A stretch of 64,000 bases of DNA from Mobula birostris (taxonomy: Eukaryota), in assembly GCF_030028105.1 (NCBI RefSeq), contig NC_092370.1, positions 96,864,969 through 96,928,968 on the forward strand, written 5' to 3'. Each line of letters opens with the position of its first letter. Within the stretch, counting starts at the first letter, position 1. The position numbers and the translations under genes are program-made. Below are positions 1-11,875 of the stretch, piece after piece. The notes below the pieces were generated by a model. It searched no databases and was not told where the DNA came from. It saw only the letters and a program-made list of their open reading frames with translations.

Positions 1-572
1 CCTCTTGAACAGAAAAGCCTACAAAAAGCAGTCAATACGAACCAGTCCACCACGGGTTAAGTCGCCCCCACCACTGAGCACATCTACATCCAGCGCTATC
101 GCAGGAAAGCAGCATTCATCATCAACAACCGCAAAGGACTTCAACCATCCAGGCCATGCTCTCTTCTCGCTGCTGCCATCAGGAAGAAGGTACCAGAGCC
201 TCAGCACCCACACCACCAGACTGAGGAACATTCAATCATTAGGCTCTTGAACCAAAGGGGATAACTTCACTCAACTTCACTTGTCTCATCACTGAACTGA
301 TCCCACAGTCTATGGACTCACTTTCAAGGACTTTTCATCTAATATTCTTGATAATTATTGCTTATTTATTTTTGCTATTAACTTCCTTTCTCTTTGTATT
401 TGCAGAGTTTGCCTTTTGCATAATGATTGTTTGCCTATCCTGTTGGGGGTAGCCTTTCATTGATTCTATTGTGTTCCTTACAGTTGCTGTGACTGAGCAA
501 AAGAAAATGAATCTCTGGGTCATAGATGGTGATATATATGTACTTTGAAAATAATTTTGCCTTGAACTTTGA
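1..572 (+). mobile_element. Rex1/Babar-type LINE 3' end (ORF C-terminus and 3' UTR)
   Basis: Encodes 'KDFNHPGHALFSLLPSGRRYQSLSTHTTRLRN', the typical Rex1/Babar C-terminal motif. The tail (GGTGATATATATGTACTTTG...GAACTTTGA) is echoed at 4700-4750 and 33900-33935. Confidence 0.8.
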
Positions 573-1099
573 TTGTATTTCTTGGTTCTCCCATTCCTTA
601 ACAAATGTAAGAACTCTCACCAGCCCAGTCTTCTCTATCGGTTAGGCCTTTCATTCATCTCCCTGTAGTAAATAGTCCTTCCCCTTCCCAGACCAAGCTG
701 CATTGTGGATTGGATTCAATGTATGAAAATAAAGGAAGCAGAGGTAGACTTATCTATCGTTCTCTCAATACATTCCAGAAGTTGGACCTTAGCTGCAGTA
801 GACACCTAAGGAAATATGCTAAAAGAATTTCAAACTGCTTGCTTTTACTTCAAACCTGAAACATCAGCACTACACCATTATATCACTATGTGATTTCTAC
901 ATATATTCATCAGCCTCTCGTAACTGACAGTGCATTCCTAGAAGTATTTAACTTAACTGTTATGAAACTCCAAAGTGGAGAGAATTTCTGTGATTTGTTA
1001 ATGACAATTCTCTGGTTCTGACAATGAATTTTACTTGAATATTGTTAAGTTCACATATGTTCAATAAATGCTATATGCATTTTGAGGGGACCAACTGTT

Positions 1100-1250
1100 A
1101 CATTTCCAAGTCTGCTGATGATATTATGCAAGTGTGAATAGAGGAGGAAATATATTGGTTGTAAGGGGACGTGGATAATTGAGTGACTGGATAAGGCTAT
1201 GGTCGATGTAATATAATTTGAAACGAGATGGCATCTATTTTAGTGCAATG
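1100..1250 (+). mobile_element. Highly decayed CR1-type RT fragment
   Basis: TCCAAGTCTGCTGATGAT (SK-[F]ADD-like) followed by an LQGDVD..LSDW-like remnant. Confidence 0.45.
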
Positions 1251-1349
1251 AATCAAATTGTGATGTGCAGGTAAACCACACATTACAGCTATCTGGTTTG
1301 CAAAATTTCTCCCTTATGAAATTCCACCTCATGGAATTTTGTAGACACT

Positions 1350-2350
1350 GTGGCAAAGAAAATGCATCAGCATTTCTGCATCCTCAGGAATCTAAAAAAA
1401 AGGTTGCATATCATCTTAACAATTTTCATCGTTGCACCATTGAAAGCATCCTACCCAGCTTCGTATAGCAACTTTTCCATCTGAAAGCAGCTCTCCCGCT
1501 AACTGTCTACACTTCTCGCTGCCTCGGTAAAGCAGCCAACAAAATCAAAGACCCACCCACCCTAGATGTTCACTTTCCTTTCTGCAACTATTGGACAGAA
1601 GATAAAAAATCTGAAAGTTGCATACCCCTTATCCTAAAGGCTTGGGTCAGAAATATATTTTTATTTTGGATGCTATTGGATTTTGTATTATTTGCATCTA
1701 TACAATGAGATATCTTGGGGATGGGACCCAAGTCTAAATACAAAATCCATTTACATTACATATACAGTTATTACATATATCCTGAAAGTAATTTTATTTA
1801 ACATTTTAAATATTTTTGCATGAAACAGTAATGAACACATTGAACAATACTGTATACATGAAAGATAAGCTTAGCCACCCAGGTGGACAGACAGTAGCTG
1901 TTTGGCACTGTTAAGCAGCATATGTTCACTCCAACACTGATGAATCCACTCTTACAATATACGACCGAGATCTTCATTGTTCACGATGCAGTGTTTATCT
2001 ATTTTTCATACACTTTTGCTCATTACATATGTGAGGCATCTTCTCAGAATTGTATGTGGTGTGCTGTGACCTGTGCATCGCCTGAGAACAGTCCCAGTGC
2101 CTTGTGGAATTTTCCATTTGTGACATCATAACAGTCCTCAAAAAATTTTTGGATTTCAGAGGTTTTCTGATTTTGGACTTTCAATGAGGTGTGCTCAACG
2201 TGCACCATCAGGCTCAATGACGACACTATCCAACTGTTCCATGACTATTAAATAGTCCCTTAGTATGATAAGGATGGACTTTGACCTAACAATCTACCTT
2301 GTTGTGGCCTTTTACCTTAATGTCTGCTTGCAATGCAATTTCTCTAGAAC
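1350..2350 (+). mobile_element. Rex1/Babar LINE 3' fragment, interrupted by the Tigger4-like element
   Basis: NFHRCTIESIL motif. CTGAAAG (1611) and CACCATCAGGCTCAATGAC (2203) rejoin to match the uninterrupted copy near 45910. Confidence 0.65.
1616..2202. mobile_element. Tigger4/Zombi (MER46)-like non-autonomous DNA transposon
   Basis: Contains AATGAGATATCTTGGGGATGGGACCCAAGTCTAAA, TAGCCACCCAGGTGGACA and a right end TGTGGAATTTTCCATTTGTG...GCTCAACGTG. All match the Tigger4/MER46 consensus as I recall it. The left TIR is eroded. Confidence 0.7.
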
Positions 2351-2399
2351 TTTGAAAAATTATTGTCACAACAACATGTCACTAGGATCTCTAACCCTT

Positions 2400-2770
2400 T
2401 CCTATACACTGACTCATCAGTTTTTGAGATACAGACCAGTATGATCGCATCATCTGCAAACCTGTGGAATCTACAATGTAGATGGAGTTAGAGCATTACT
2501 TGGCCACATACAGGGTGTAGAGTAGGGGACTGAATACACAGCCTTGTGGAGCAGTAATTTTGAGAAAAATCGTGGTGGAGGTACTGCTGTCTGTCCTTAC
2601 AGACTGTGGTCTGCTGGTGAGGTAGTTAGTGATCCAGTTGCGAAGCGAGATGTTGAGGCCCAGGACGAGATTGGAGATGAGCATGCTTAGAATTATGGTA
2701 TGGAAGCCACAACTGTAGTCAATAAACAATAGTCTAACGTAAGTGTCTTCACTGTCCACATGCTCCTTTC
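2400..2770 (-). mobile_element. Rex1/Babar RT fragment
   Basis: ORF 2496-2798: 'DTYVRLLFIDYSCGFHTII', 'APQGCVFSPLLYTLY'; FADD remnant at about 2450-2462. Confidence 0.8.
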
Positions 2771-2910
2771 CCAATAATGATTCTTCTAAAATAAACATTC
2801 TTTCCTTTGCTTAATCCACTTTTCTTCTTTTACTCAGTCTCTTGGATATTTTTATCCTAAATATTACAACTCAACTTCTTAATTTCTCTCCCCTGCACTA
2901 AATTTTTTCA

Positions 2911-4580
2911 AAAGACCATAAGATAAAGGAGTAGAATTAGGCCATATGGACCATTGAGTCTGCTCCACCACTCATCATGGCTGATCCATTTTTCCTCTCA
3001 GCCCCAATCTCCTTCCTTCCCCCACCCTATCCCGTATCCTATCATACCCTGATTAATCAACCTCTGCCATAAATATACATAAAATCCGGCCTCCACAGCT
3101 GTCTGTGGCAAAGAATTCCAAGATTCACCACTCTCTGGCTAAAGAAATTCCCTTTCAACTCAGTTTTAAGAGGACGCCCCTCTATTCTGAGGTTTTGTCC
3201 TCTACTCTTGGATACTCCCACCATAAGAAACATCCTCTCCACATCCATTCTATCAAGGCCTGTCATCATTCGAAAAGTTTCAATTAGGTCACCCGTCATT
3301 CCTCTGAATTTCAGTGAATACAGGCCCAGAGTCATCAAACACACTTCATATGACAAGTTGTTCAGTCCTGGGATCATTTTCTTGAACTTCCTTTGAACCC
3401 TCTCCAGTTTCAGCACATCCTTTCTAAGATAAGGTGCCCAAAACTGCTCACAATACTCCAAGTGAGATTTCATCAGTGCCTAATAAATTTCACCAACTCA
3501 GGGTTACATCCTTGCTTTTATATTCTACTCTTAAAATGAAAGCTGATGTTGCATTTCCCTTCCTCACCACAGACACAATGTGCAAATTAACCTGGTCAAT
3601 CCTGCTCAAGGACTCCCAAATCCCTTTGCACTTCAGATTTTCATATTTTCTCTCCATTTAGAAAATAGACAACTCTTTCATTTCTTCTACCAAACTCCAT
3701 GAACATATACCTCCCAACACTGTATTCGAGCTGCCATTTCTGTGCTCATTTTCCTAATCTGTCCAAGTCCTTCTGCAGCCTCCCGATTTCTTCAAAACTA
3801 CCTGGTCCTCCACCTATTTTCATATCATCTGCAAATTTTGAAACAGGGCCATCAATTCCATCATCCAAATCATTGACATTTAACATAAAAAGAATAGGTC
3901 CCAACAGAGACCCCTGTGGAACACCATTAGCCATAGGCAGACAACCAGAAAAGGCTCACTTTATTCCCACTCTTTGCCTCCTACCAATCAGCTACTGCTT
4001 TATCCAAGGTAGAATATTTTCTGTGATACGATGGGTTCTTCACAGCTTGTTAAGCAGCCTTATGTGTGATCCCTTGTCAAAGGCCTTCTGACAATACAAA
4101 ACTTAACTACCTTCAGAACTTTCAGTTTCTTAAGAACCTTCTTCCAAGTAACGCTAACTTCTCACACATCTTGATTCCTGACACCTTTCCTTGTCCCCCA
4201 TTACTATCTCTCCAGCATCATTTTCCAGCAGTTTGATATCCACTCTTGCCTCTCTTTATATATCTGAAGAAACTTTTGGTATCCGCTTCAATACTTTTGT
4301 CTAGCTTACATTCATATACCACCTTTAAGATCTTTTTTTTTAGTTTCCTTCTGTTGGTATTTAAATTCTTCCCAATCGTCTAACTTTCCACAGACTTTTG
4401 CTTTATTATATGACCTCTCTTTGGCTTTTCTGTTGGTTTTGATTTCCCTTGTAAGCTATGGTTGTGTCATCTTGCCTTTAGAATATTTCTTTCTCTTTGG
4501 GATGTATATATCCTGCGCCTTCCAAATTTCTTCCAGAAATTCCATCCATTGCTGCTCTGCATCATTCCTGCCTGTGTCCT
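2911..4580 (-). mobile_element. CR1-type (HER1-like) LINE, decayed RT and 3' tail
   Basis: 'GVPQGSLLGPILFMLNVNDLDDGIDGPVSKFADD' (3746-3934) and 'HLEYCEQFWAPYLRKDVLKLERVQRKF' (3057-3473); terminal repeat ACCATAAGATA at about 2915. Confidence 0.9.
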
Positions 4581-4748
4581 TTGCTATTTATTAATATCTG
4601 CATTTGCACAGTTTGTTTACAGTTTACAATGGAGGTTTACAGTTTACAGTTACTAGATTTGCTAAGTATGCCGGCAGGAAGAGAATCTCAGGGCTGTATG
4701 TGGTGACATGTATCCACTCTGATAATAAACTTTGCTTTAAACTTTGAA
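4580..4748 (+). mobile_element. Rex1/Babar-type 3' tail
   Basis: AGAATCTCAGGGCTGTATGTGGTGACATGTAT...GATAATAAAC...ACTTTGA, the same tail as at 500-572. Confidence 0.6.
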
Positions 4749-4975
4749 GTTTGATGTCATAGAATTTAACAATGCCAGGTTATTCCTTGTTTCTCTTTGT
4801 ATTTCAGAATTTATTACCAGCAGCTGGTCCATCAAAGCTGTGTGGAACACCACTGGTGGGTCACAGAATGAAGACTTTTCTTCTTCAGTTGCCAACAGTG
4901 GAAGTCGGGACAATCCATCAGTGCCACTGTGATGTTTGGTATCCCTGAACTCTGTCATAAGACTGAGCTCCGAGG

Positions 4976-5788
4976 TAAGAAGCCGAATCGAGTGATGATG
5001 GTGCTAAACGGCGACTCCTTTGCTTCCATCTTCAGAAGCAGCTCTATTTCCATCTTTAATATCTTTACTTTTCCATTTCAGGGTTCTTTTGAAGACCCTG
5101 ACTTGGAGTTACATGCTGACTACGGTTCTTAATGGGAATGGGACTTGCTCTTGGGGTTTCATAACCAGCCATTATTATTCGGCACACCAATAGCTCGGCC
5201 TAAGAGTCTGGCTCGGATTTGGAAGCCTAGGATCTCGGGGCTCTGGAGATGGGCGAATTGAGGGTCAGTGTCATGACAGGAGACCCATCGTCGGGAGAGT
5301 TGGAATATCTGTGTGTCCAGTCTTTTGGGTACAGAGCTTGAAAAAAGCGACCTGGCGGACTTTTAACGTTGTAAACCGACAAGTTGTTTGTAATGTCTCC
5401 CCGCTCACTGGGAAAATGGAGACACCCCTTTCTCCCTTAGTAGGGAGAGAGAGAGCCTGTGGTATGTCGTATACCAGGTGAAATGCGGAGTCTTTGGAGT
5501 AACTGCAAGTCTGTGTCTTTGCTGTTGCTTTGCTCACGCTTGAGTGCTCGGTGGCGGGTATCAATGCTTTTTTTTTGCCAGTGGGGGGGGATTGATGCTT
5601 GCTGCCGCTTACGCTTGGGAGGTGGGAGCTGTGGGGGGACTTCTGGCTTCTAACATTTGACTATCATTCATTTATTGCGGCACTCCTCTGTTTTCGTGGA
5701 TGGTTGCGAAGAAAAAGTATTTCAGGATGTATATTGTATACATTTCTCTGACATTAAGTTGTACCTTTGAAAGCTTTGAAACCTTTGA
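4976..5788 (+). mobile_element. Non-coding non-LTR (SINE-like/non-autonomous) insertion within the Gypsy RNase H
   Basis: Interrupts the Gypsy frame between 'VMSAT' and 'LGAQSY'. Starts with ATGATGGTGCTAAACGGCG and ends in a LINE-like tail with TTTGAAA repeats; no coding capacity. Confidence 0.6.
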
Positions 5789-7426
5789 GTAGCAGACATC
5801 ACTGGGATTCCATTCCTGGGATTGAAAATATGCACAAAGGGCTGATGGTCTGTCACTCAAGTAAAATTTTGTCTGTGCAGGTCATGGTGGAACTTCTCTA
5901 TTCCTCATACTAGACTAAGGGCCTCTCAGTTGATCTGTGCATAGACGAGTTCTGCGCTCATCAGTGACATTGATGCAAATGCAATCAGAAGTTCAGATCC
6001 ATCTTTCATAGCATGTGACAAAATGGCACCAATGCCATAAAGGAACGCATTGCACACTAGTCTGATGGGCAGAGATGAGTCATAATAGGTGAGCAGATCA
6101 TCTGATGTTAATAGACTCTTTATTTCCTTGCATGTTCTTTCACATATTTCTGATCATTCCAATTTTGCTCCTGTCTGTAAAAGTGCATTCAATGGGTGCA
6201 GCACTGTGGCAAGATTTATGAGAAATCTGTGGTAGCAGTTTACTAGGCCCAAGTATCACCTGAGTTGTGTCACATTTTCCAGTCTGGGTGTCTGCAGCAC
6301 TGCTTCAATCTTCTATTGTGATTTATGTAAGCCATGCTTGTCAATTACATGTCCACAGTACAAGATTTCATTCTTGAAAAACTCACATTTCTCCCACGCT
6401 GCGTGCAAACCATACTCACTCAGCCTGGTAAACACTTCATCAAGTTTCTGGAGGTGCTCTTCATCATTCTTGCCAGTCACAATGATGTCATCAAGGTGAC
6501 ATTGTGTTCCTGGCATATCTTGGTGCACTTGGTCCATTGCCCTTTGTGAAAGTGCTGGAGCTGATGCGATGCCAAAGATGAGATGATTATACTGGAACAG
6601 TCCTTTGAGAGTGTTGATTGTGAGGAACTTCCTGCTTGATTCCTCAATCTCCTTTTGCAGATAGACTTGTGACAAGTCAATCTTTGAAAACCTCTTCCCG
6701 CCTGCCAAAGGTGCAAAAACGTTTTCTATTTGTGGCAGGGGATACTGCACAGTATGCAGCACTGGGTTGATACTCACTTTGAAGTCCCCGTATAGCAAAC
6801 TGCTCCAGCCTTCCCTTTCTTGATCACCAGGACAATGGGCATGGCCCAATCACTCCACTCAACTTTGGAGAGAATGTCAGATGCCTGCAAGCACTGAAGT
6901 TCAGCACCCACTTTGTGATGGTGTACGTATGGCACTCGATGTGCTTTATGAAATTGTGGTGTTGTCTCTTCATACAGTTCAATTTTGGCCTTCATGTGCG
7001 ACTGTTTGGGCTGCAACTGCCTGTTGATGACACATTGAGACTTTGATTGTGTGTCAGCCTAGTAGGATTTTTCTCAACCATTTACTTCCAGAAAGTGCTG
7101 GCCCTCCGCTTTTCAACATATAAAACTCTAACTGCTGTGTTTTGCCTCCATACTTCACGTTTACTTTCAGTTTGCCCTTGGGAGACACTTTTTTGCCTGT
7201 GTAGATCTTTAACATCACTGAAGTCTTTTCTGATAGCAGCCTAGAAAATATCTGTTGGAGTCAGCCTCAGAAATTACAGACAAAGCTGACCCTATATCCA
7301 GTTCCAACTTTAGTTTTACACAAGACACATCTATTGTTATCCAGGTGATTTCATGATCTGTTTCAATAATGCTGTGCAGTTCTAGGCATGACAGCTCACC
7401 TTTGTCAGACTCTGTGTTGGCTGATT

Positions 7427-7952
7427 CATAGAATATAGAAATCTACAGCACATTACAGGTCCTTCGGCCCACAATGTTTATACCGACCATCTAACCTACT
7501 CTAGAAAGTGCCTAGATTTTCCCTCGTACATAGCCCTCTATTTTTCTAAGCTCCATGTACCTATCTAAGAGGGTCTTAAAAGACTCTATTGTATCTGCTT
7601 CCACCACCACTGCTGGCAGTGCATGCCATGCACCCGCCACTCTCTGTGTGAGAAAACTTACCCCTGACATCCTCTGGGTACCCATTTCCAAGCACCATAA
7701 ATCTATGTCCTCTCATGTTAGCCATATCAGCCCTGGAAAAAAAGCCTCTGGCTATCAATGCCTCTCATCAGCTTATAAACCTTCATCAGGCCACCTCTCA
7801 TCCTCCATCACTCCATGGAGAAAAGACCAAGTTCACTCAACCTACTCTCATAAGGTACGCCCTCCAATCCAGGCAACATCCTTTAAAATCTCCTCTGAAC
7901 TCTCTTCCTGCTGTAGTGAGATGACCAGAACTGAACACAGTACTCCAAGTAT
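7427..7952 (-). mobile_element. CR1-type LINE 3' fragment nested in the Gypsy element
   Basis: CATAGAATATAGAA tail; ORF 7576-7758 'MANMRGHRFMVLG...DVRGKFSH'. Confidence 0.75.
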
Positions 7953-8324
7953 TCCAGTTTCACAGTCAGTCACTTTATGCATTTGTTTCATTTTCTGTTT
8001 TCACTCTGTGTGTTTTTTCTCTTTGGTTATGTTTTTATCTGACTTACACATTCTCTCTGTGGCCTTGTCTGTGACACTTAATGCAAACTTTTTCTTTGGC
8101 ACAACAATCATTTGCATCATGGGAAGATTTGCCACTTTGATAATATTTTTGACTTTTTGCACTATTCAGGGAGATTTTGTGCATTTCATATTCTAAATTC
8201 TTTTTTTTGTAGTTTTGTCGCATCCTTTGCTGCAGCTCTAAGGATATTGTGACGGTCAATGCCCATTCTAAGTCTAGGTCTCTTTCTCACAGTAGCCTCT
8301 TTTGAATGCTTTTGACTATGCATG

Positions 8325-8436
8325 CCATTTTCAGCACCATGGTCCTGAAAAACATTGCCTCGTTTTTACTGTGTACTGTACCAATAGTTATGGTCGAAAT
8401 GACAATAAAAAGTGACTTGACTTGACTTGACTTGAT
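8325..8436 (+). mobile_element. LINE 3' tail ending in (GACTT)n nested in the Gypsy element
   Basis: ACAATAAAAAGTGACTTGACTTGACTTGACTTGA, flanked by CATGC..CATT-like host sequence. Confidence 0.55.
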
Positions 8437-9234
8437 CCAAGCCTGCCCTTTAATGCATTAGTGAGTCCATCTCCAAAGTCACAGTATTGAGATAGTTTTG
8501 CGCAGCTCAGAAATGCTTTCATCCTTTGATTAGTTCCTTTTGTGAAATCTAAATCTCTTTGCTATTACTAGTAGTTTAGGGCTCAAGTGATTTTGCAAAA
8601 TTGCAATAATTTTGTGGCACATCTTGCTTGCCGGCTTTTCAGGAGTTACTAAGTTGTGTAACAGCCTGTACCTTTTAGCACCCATTATGCTACGAAGCAT
8701 AGAGGCTTTCTTTTCCTTCCATGTCTTTCGCGTTATAATACAGTTCAACCCCCTAGATGTACAATTTCCAGTTTTCATTAGCACTATCACATTCGTCAAC
8801 TTTCCCGAAGAAGGCCATTGTCATGTTATTTTCACTTTAGCTTTGCTAGTTGTGTGTCCTTCCTGTACCATGCGCTGCACTCAAGCATCCCTTTGTTAGT
8901 GTATGTAACAGCCTTCTCCATCACCGTACTGGTTCATTCTTTCCTCTGGCTGTTTCTTTGTCTTCCTCCAAATTCTGGCACCTCATAACTGTCTGTGCAG
9001 TTACTGATATTCGCTGATATTCAGGTTCATACTCGTCACTAATTTGTTGTGTCTATATCACAACATTTCAATTAAATAACAGCACGCACGTGGAGCTGAG
9101 AATAACAGGGGAGGGGGAGAGGGGAAACAACAGATGAATGCACTTTTAAGCTATCAGCCAATAAGTAGTGTTAGGGAGAGTTATTGCAATAAAAGAAGTA
9201 GATACATATATTACGCCAGAAACAGTTTCATATT

Positions 9235-9580
9235 TTTCCCTCCCATTCCCCTTTTCCTCTGTTCCCCACTCTGGCCATTTACCTCTTCTTGCCCACTTAT
9301 CACCTTCCTCCTATGTCCCCTCCTCCTTTCTTTTCTCCTCTGACCCACTCTCCTCTCCAATCAGATTCTTTCTTCTCCAGCCTTGACCTTTCCCACCCAT
9401 CTGGCTTCACCTATCACCTTCCAGCTAGTCTCCTTCCCCTCCTCCTACTTTTTTATTCCGGCACCTCTTCCTTCTCAGTCCTGAAAAAGGGTCTTGGCCT
9501 GAAAGATCAATAGTTTATTCATTGCCATAGATGCTGCCTGACCTGCTGAGTTCCTGCAGCATTTTGTTTGTGTTGCTTAA
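9235..9580 (+). mobile_element. Penelope-like element terminus (pyrimidine tract, decayed hammerhead, 3' tail)
   Basis: AGTCCTGAAAAAGGGTCTTGGCCTGAAAG followed by ATAGATGCTGCCTGACCTGCTGAGTTCC...; homologous to 15365-15759. Confidence 0.7.
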
Positions 9581-10744
9581 TATTTTTCCCCGCTTTTGTT
9601 TGAAAATATGTTCATCTAGTGATACTTTTAAACAGAAATCGTTGTTCTGTTGATGTCTAAATTCGGTCTTTGTTTCTTCGTGGGACAGACTACCAGACAC
9701 TGAACCTGGTGTCAGTACAGTAAGAAATCGCCTCCAGGTGTTCTAGTCAACCAATCAATGAAATAAAACTGTTGCTCAGATTATCACCAGTCTTACAGGC
9801 TTCCAACTATTGGTAACTATATGCCAATGTTAAATTGCTTCATTAAGTCAAATTTAGAATGAAAGTTAGGGCTCGGTTTCAGGCTGTCAGCTTTAATTAG
9901 ATAATTCAAAAGCTGTAACACAGAACTTTTCAGAACACGCATTCTACAGACACCCTGGAAAGTTTTTAAGTTATTTTTTTAATGGAGTTGTGAAAGAGTA
10001 TGTTTGCTCTTCTTGGCTCCACAGGAACAATCCAAACTCTTCACACTCCTGTTCCCAATAATTCCAAACAATTCCCACCATGGTGAGACAGCTATACTGT
10101 TTCAGGGAGCCCAGGTAGCTAGAGTGAAATGCCCATTTGAAGCTGACAGTTTGCCTTTAACTAATTTTAGACTCTTCACTGTCAGAACAGGAGATGTAGC
10201 AGAACAGCACAATAGGAAGGGGGCAATTATAAGTCTATGCCAGCCCAATATCCAAAAGTTGCTTTTCCTAAAACTATGGGAATCCACTAAATTTGGACAG
10301 CAACTTCAAATTGATTTAGATTTTCTTTTCTGTAGTTGCAGATGGACTGCAGAATCTCTCATTTTAAACAGCAGGAATTCTCTCTTTCTCTCTCTCCTGG
10401 AAAAAAAACTCTTCTTCCAAGATTTTAACATTTTAATAGGAACTGCCAGTCACACAATAACCTCACCAATCAAACAACATTGCTTCAGCTGGGTTATTAA
10501 TCTTTCTAGCCTTTAGCCAATGAAATGTAAAATATTGAAATAAACTCCATCTCCTGCAGTTGTTATCCTTTATTTTATACAGTAGTCCAGTTGTGCTCTT
10601 TCAAACTTTTTTTAAAATCTTGTGCCAGTATACGGTTGTCCACATCAAGTTCTTTGACAGGCATCACAGAAATCAAATTATGATATGTTTTGTTATGTAT
10701 GTGTGTCCTTTTCTTCAGGAATACTAATGAGATAAAAATATCCA

Positions 10745-11110
10745 AAGCTAGGGAAATTACAAGGCATATTATAAAGGATGCGATTCAAGGACACTTAAAA
10801 ATGGGATTTGGCAAAATTAGCACGTACTTGTGAAGAGAATTGTGTTTAACAAACCAGCTTGAGCATTTTGTGGATGTCACCGGTGCGAGGTTGATTTCAA
10901 TGTTTCAGAGAAGTTTGGATAGGTACATGGATAGTAGGGATATGGAGGGCTATGCTCCCAGTGCAAGTTGATGGCAGTAGGCAGTTTAAATGGTTCATCA
11001 TTGACCAGATGGGCCAAAGGGCCTGTTTCTGTGCATTACCTCTCTAGGTCTCTAAAAGATCAGGGAGAATTGGTGGATGTGCTGTATTTTGATTTCAATA
11101 TCATCTTTGA
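10745..11110 (+). mobile_element. Decayed CR1 RT fragment with a nested CR1 3' tail (about 10890-11050)
   Basis: C-LTN-LE-F.DV..VDVLYFDF remnant; the tail includes GGGCCAAAGGGCCTGTTTCTGTGC. Confidence 0.55.
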
Positions 11111-11144
11111 TAAAAGTTCCAGAAAAGAGTTCCACAATTTTACC

Positions 11145-11235
11145 CAAGGGTCCAGGCCCGAAACGTCGACTGTACTTCTTCCTATAGATGCTGCTTGGCC
11201 TGCTGCATTCACCAGCATTTTTTGTGTGTGTTGCG
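11145..11235 (+). mobile_element. Short Penelope-like 3' fragment
   Basis: AAGGGTCCAGGCCCGAAACGTCGACTGTAC...GCATTTTTTGTGTGTGTTGC; lacks the CTGANGA half of the hammerhead core. Confidence 0.7.
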
Positions 11236-11714
11236 TGTATTGGTCTTTATTGCAAAAGGCTTTGAGTACTGTAGATAAACATCTTAGCAAATGGTCAACT
11301 CTTTTAACATCTTCACAATGGTTTCTGACTATGCGGCCAATGTCAAAAAGTGGGAGAACAGAAATTTTCTTCTGGGTTGAAGAAATCTCACTTCACCATA
11401 ATCATTAATGTCATATCCTATATCCCAAAAGTCTGACAACTTAATGGAGAGACATTAATTGCCTGGTATTTCTGAGGTGGAAGTAGGTGGTTTGCAAGAA
11501 TGATGTTGGATCTGAAACCACAATGAGCTTGTGAACAGCCTCAATACTTGAACCGCCAACTTCCTACAATGTAACTTCATGAACCTCTCTTCTGCTTTAG
11601 CTCATCTACTACTGATCTACAGCTTTGTTTGCTTCCTCCACATTCTTTGTCAATCTCCTACCTCCTATCCTCTTGAAGTTAACCAAAAGTTTTGCTGTCT
11701 ATGTCCTAACCCAG

Positions 11715-11875
11715 AGCAAGTTACAATCACACATCTCTCCTGGCCTGATGACCTAGAAGAGTTTCTAAAAAGACAATGCTTCATTTTCAAAATTCTTGTC
11801 CTTACTTTCAAGTTCCTTTATAGACTTGCAACTCCCTTTGCCTGTAAAGACCTCCAACACTACATTGTTCAATGA
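11715..11875 (+). mobile_element. L2-type LINE ORF C-terminal fragment
   Basis: 'QCFIFKILVLTFKFLYRLATP' resembles the L2 'HITP.L..LHWLP...RI.FKILLL.FK.L.GLAP' motif. Confidence 0.55.

Larger units (their letters stand above)
4750..9224 (-). mobile_element. Gypsy (Ty3) LTR retrotransposon remnant: 5' LTR, gag, protease, RT, RNase H; integrase and 3' LTR missing; three nested insertions
   Basis: gag-like ORF 8530-8799; Cys/His knuckle remnant 8044-8259; RT 6313-6849 ('FSKIDLSQVY', 'HLDDIIVTG', 'YCGHVID'); RNase H end 'GTDGLSRLP' 4737-4958; PBS-like AGTGACGAG at 9032-9040 next to a candidate LTR at 9045-9224. Confidence 0.85.

Noticed and set aside
10004-10516. 170-aa ORF in unique sequence
   Set aside because: Non-ATG start, no recognisable domain, and composition typical of non-coding DNA.
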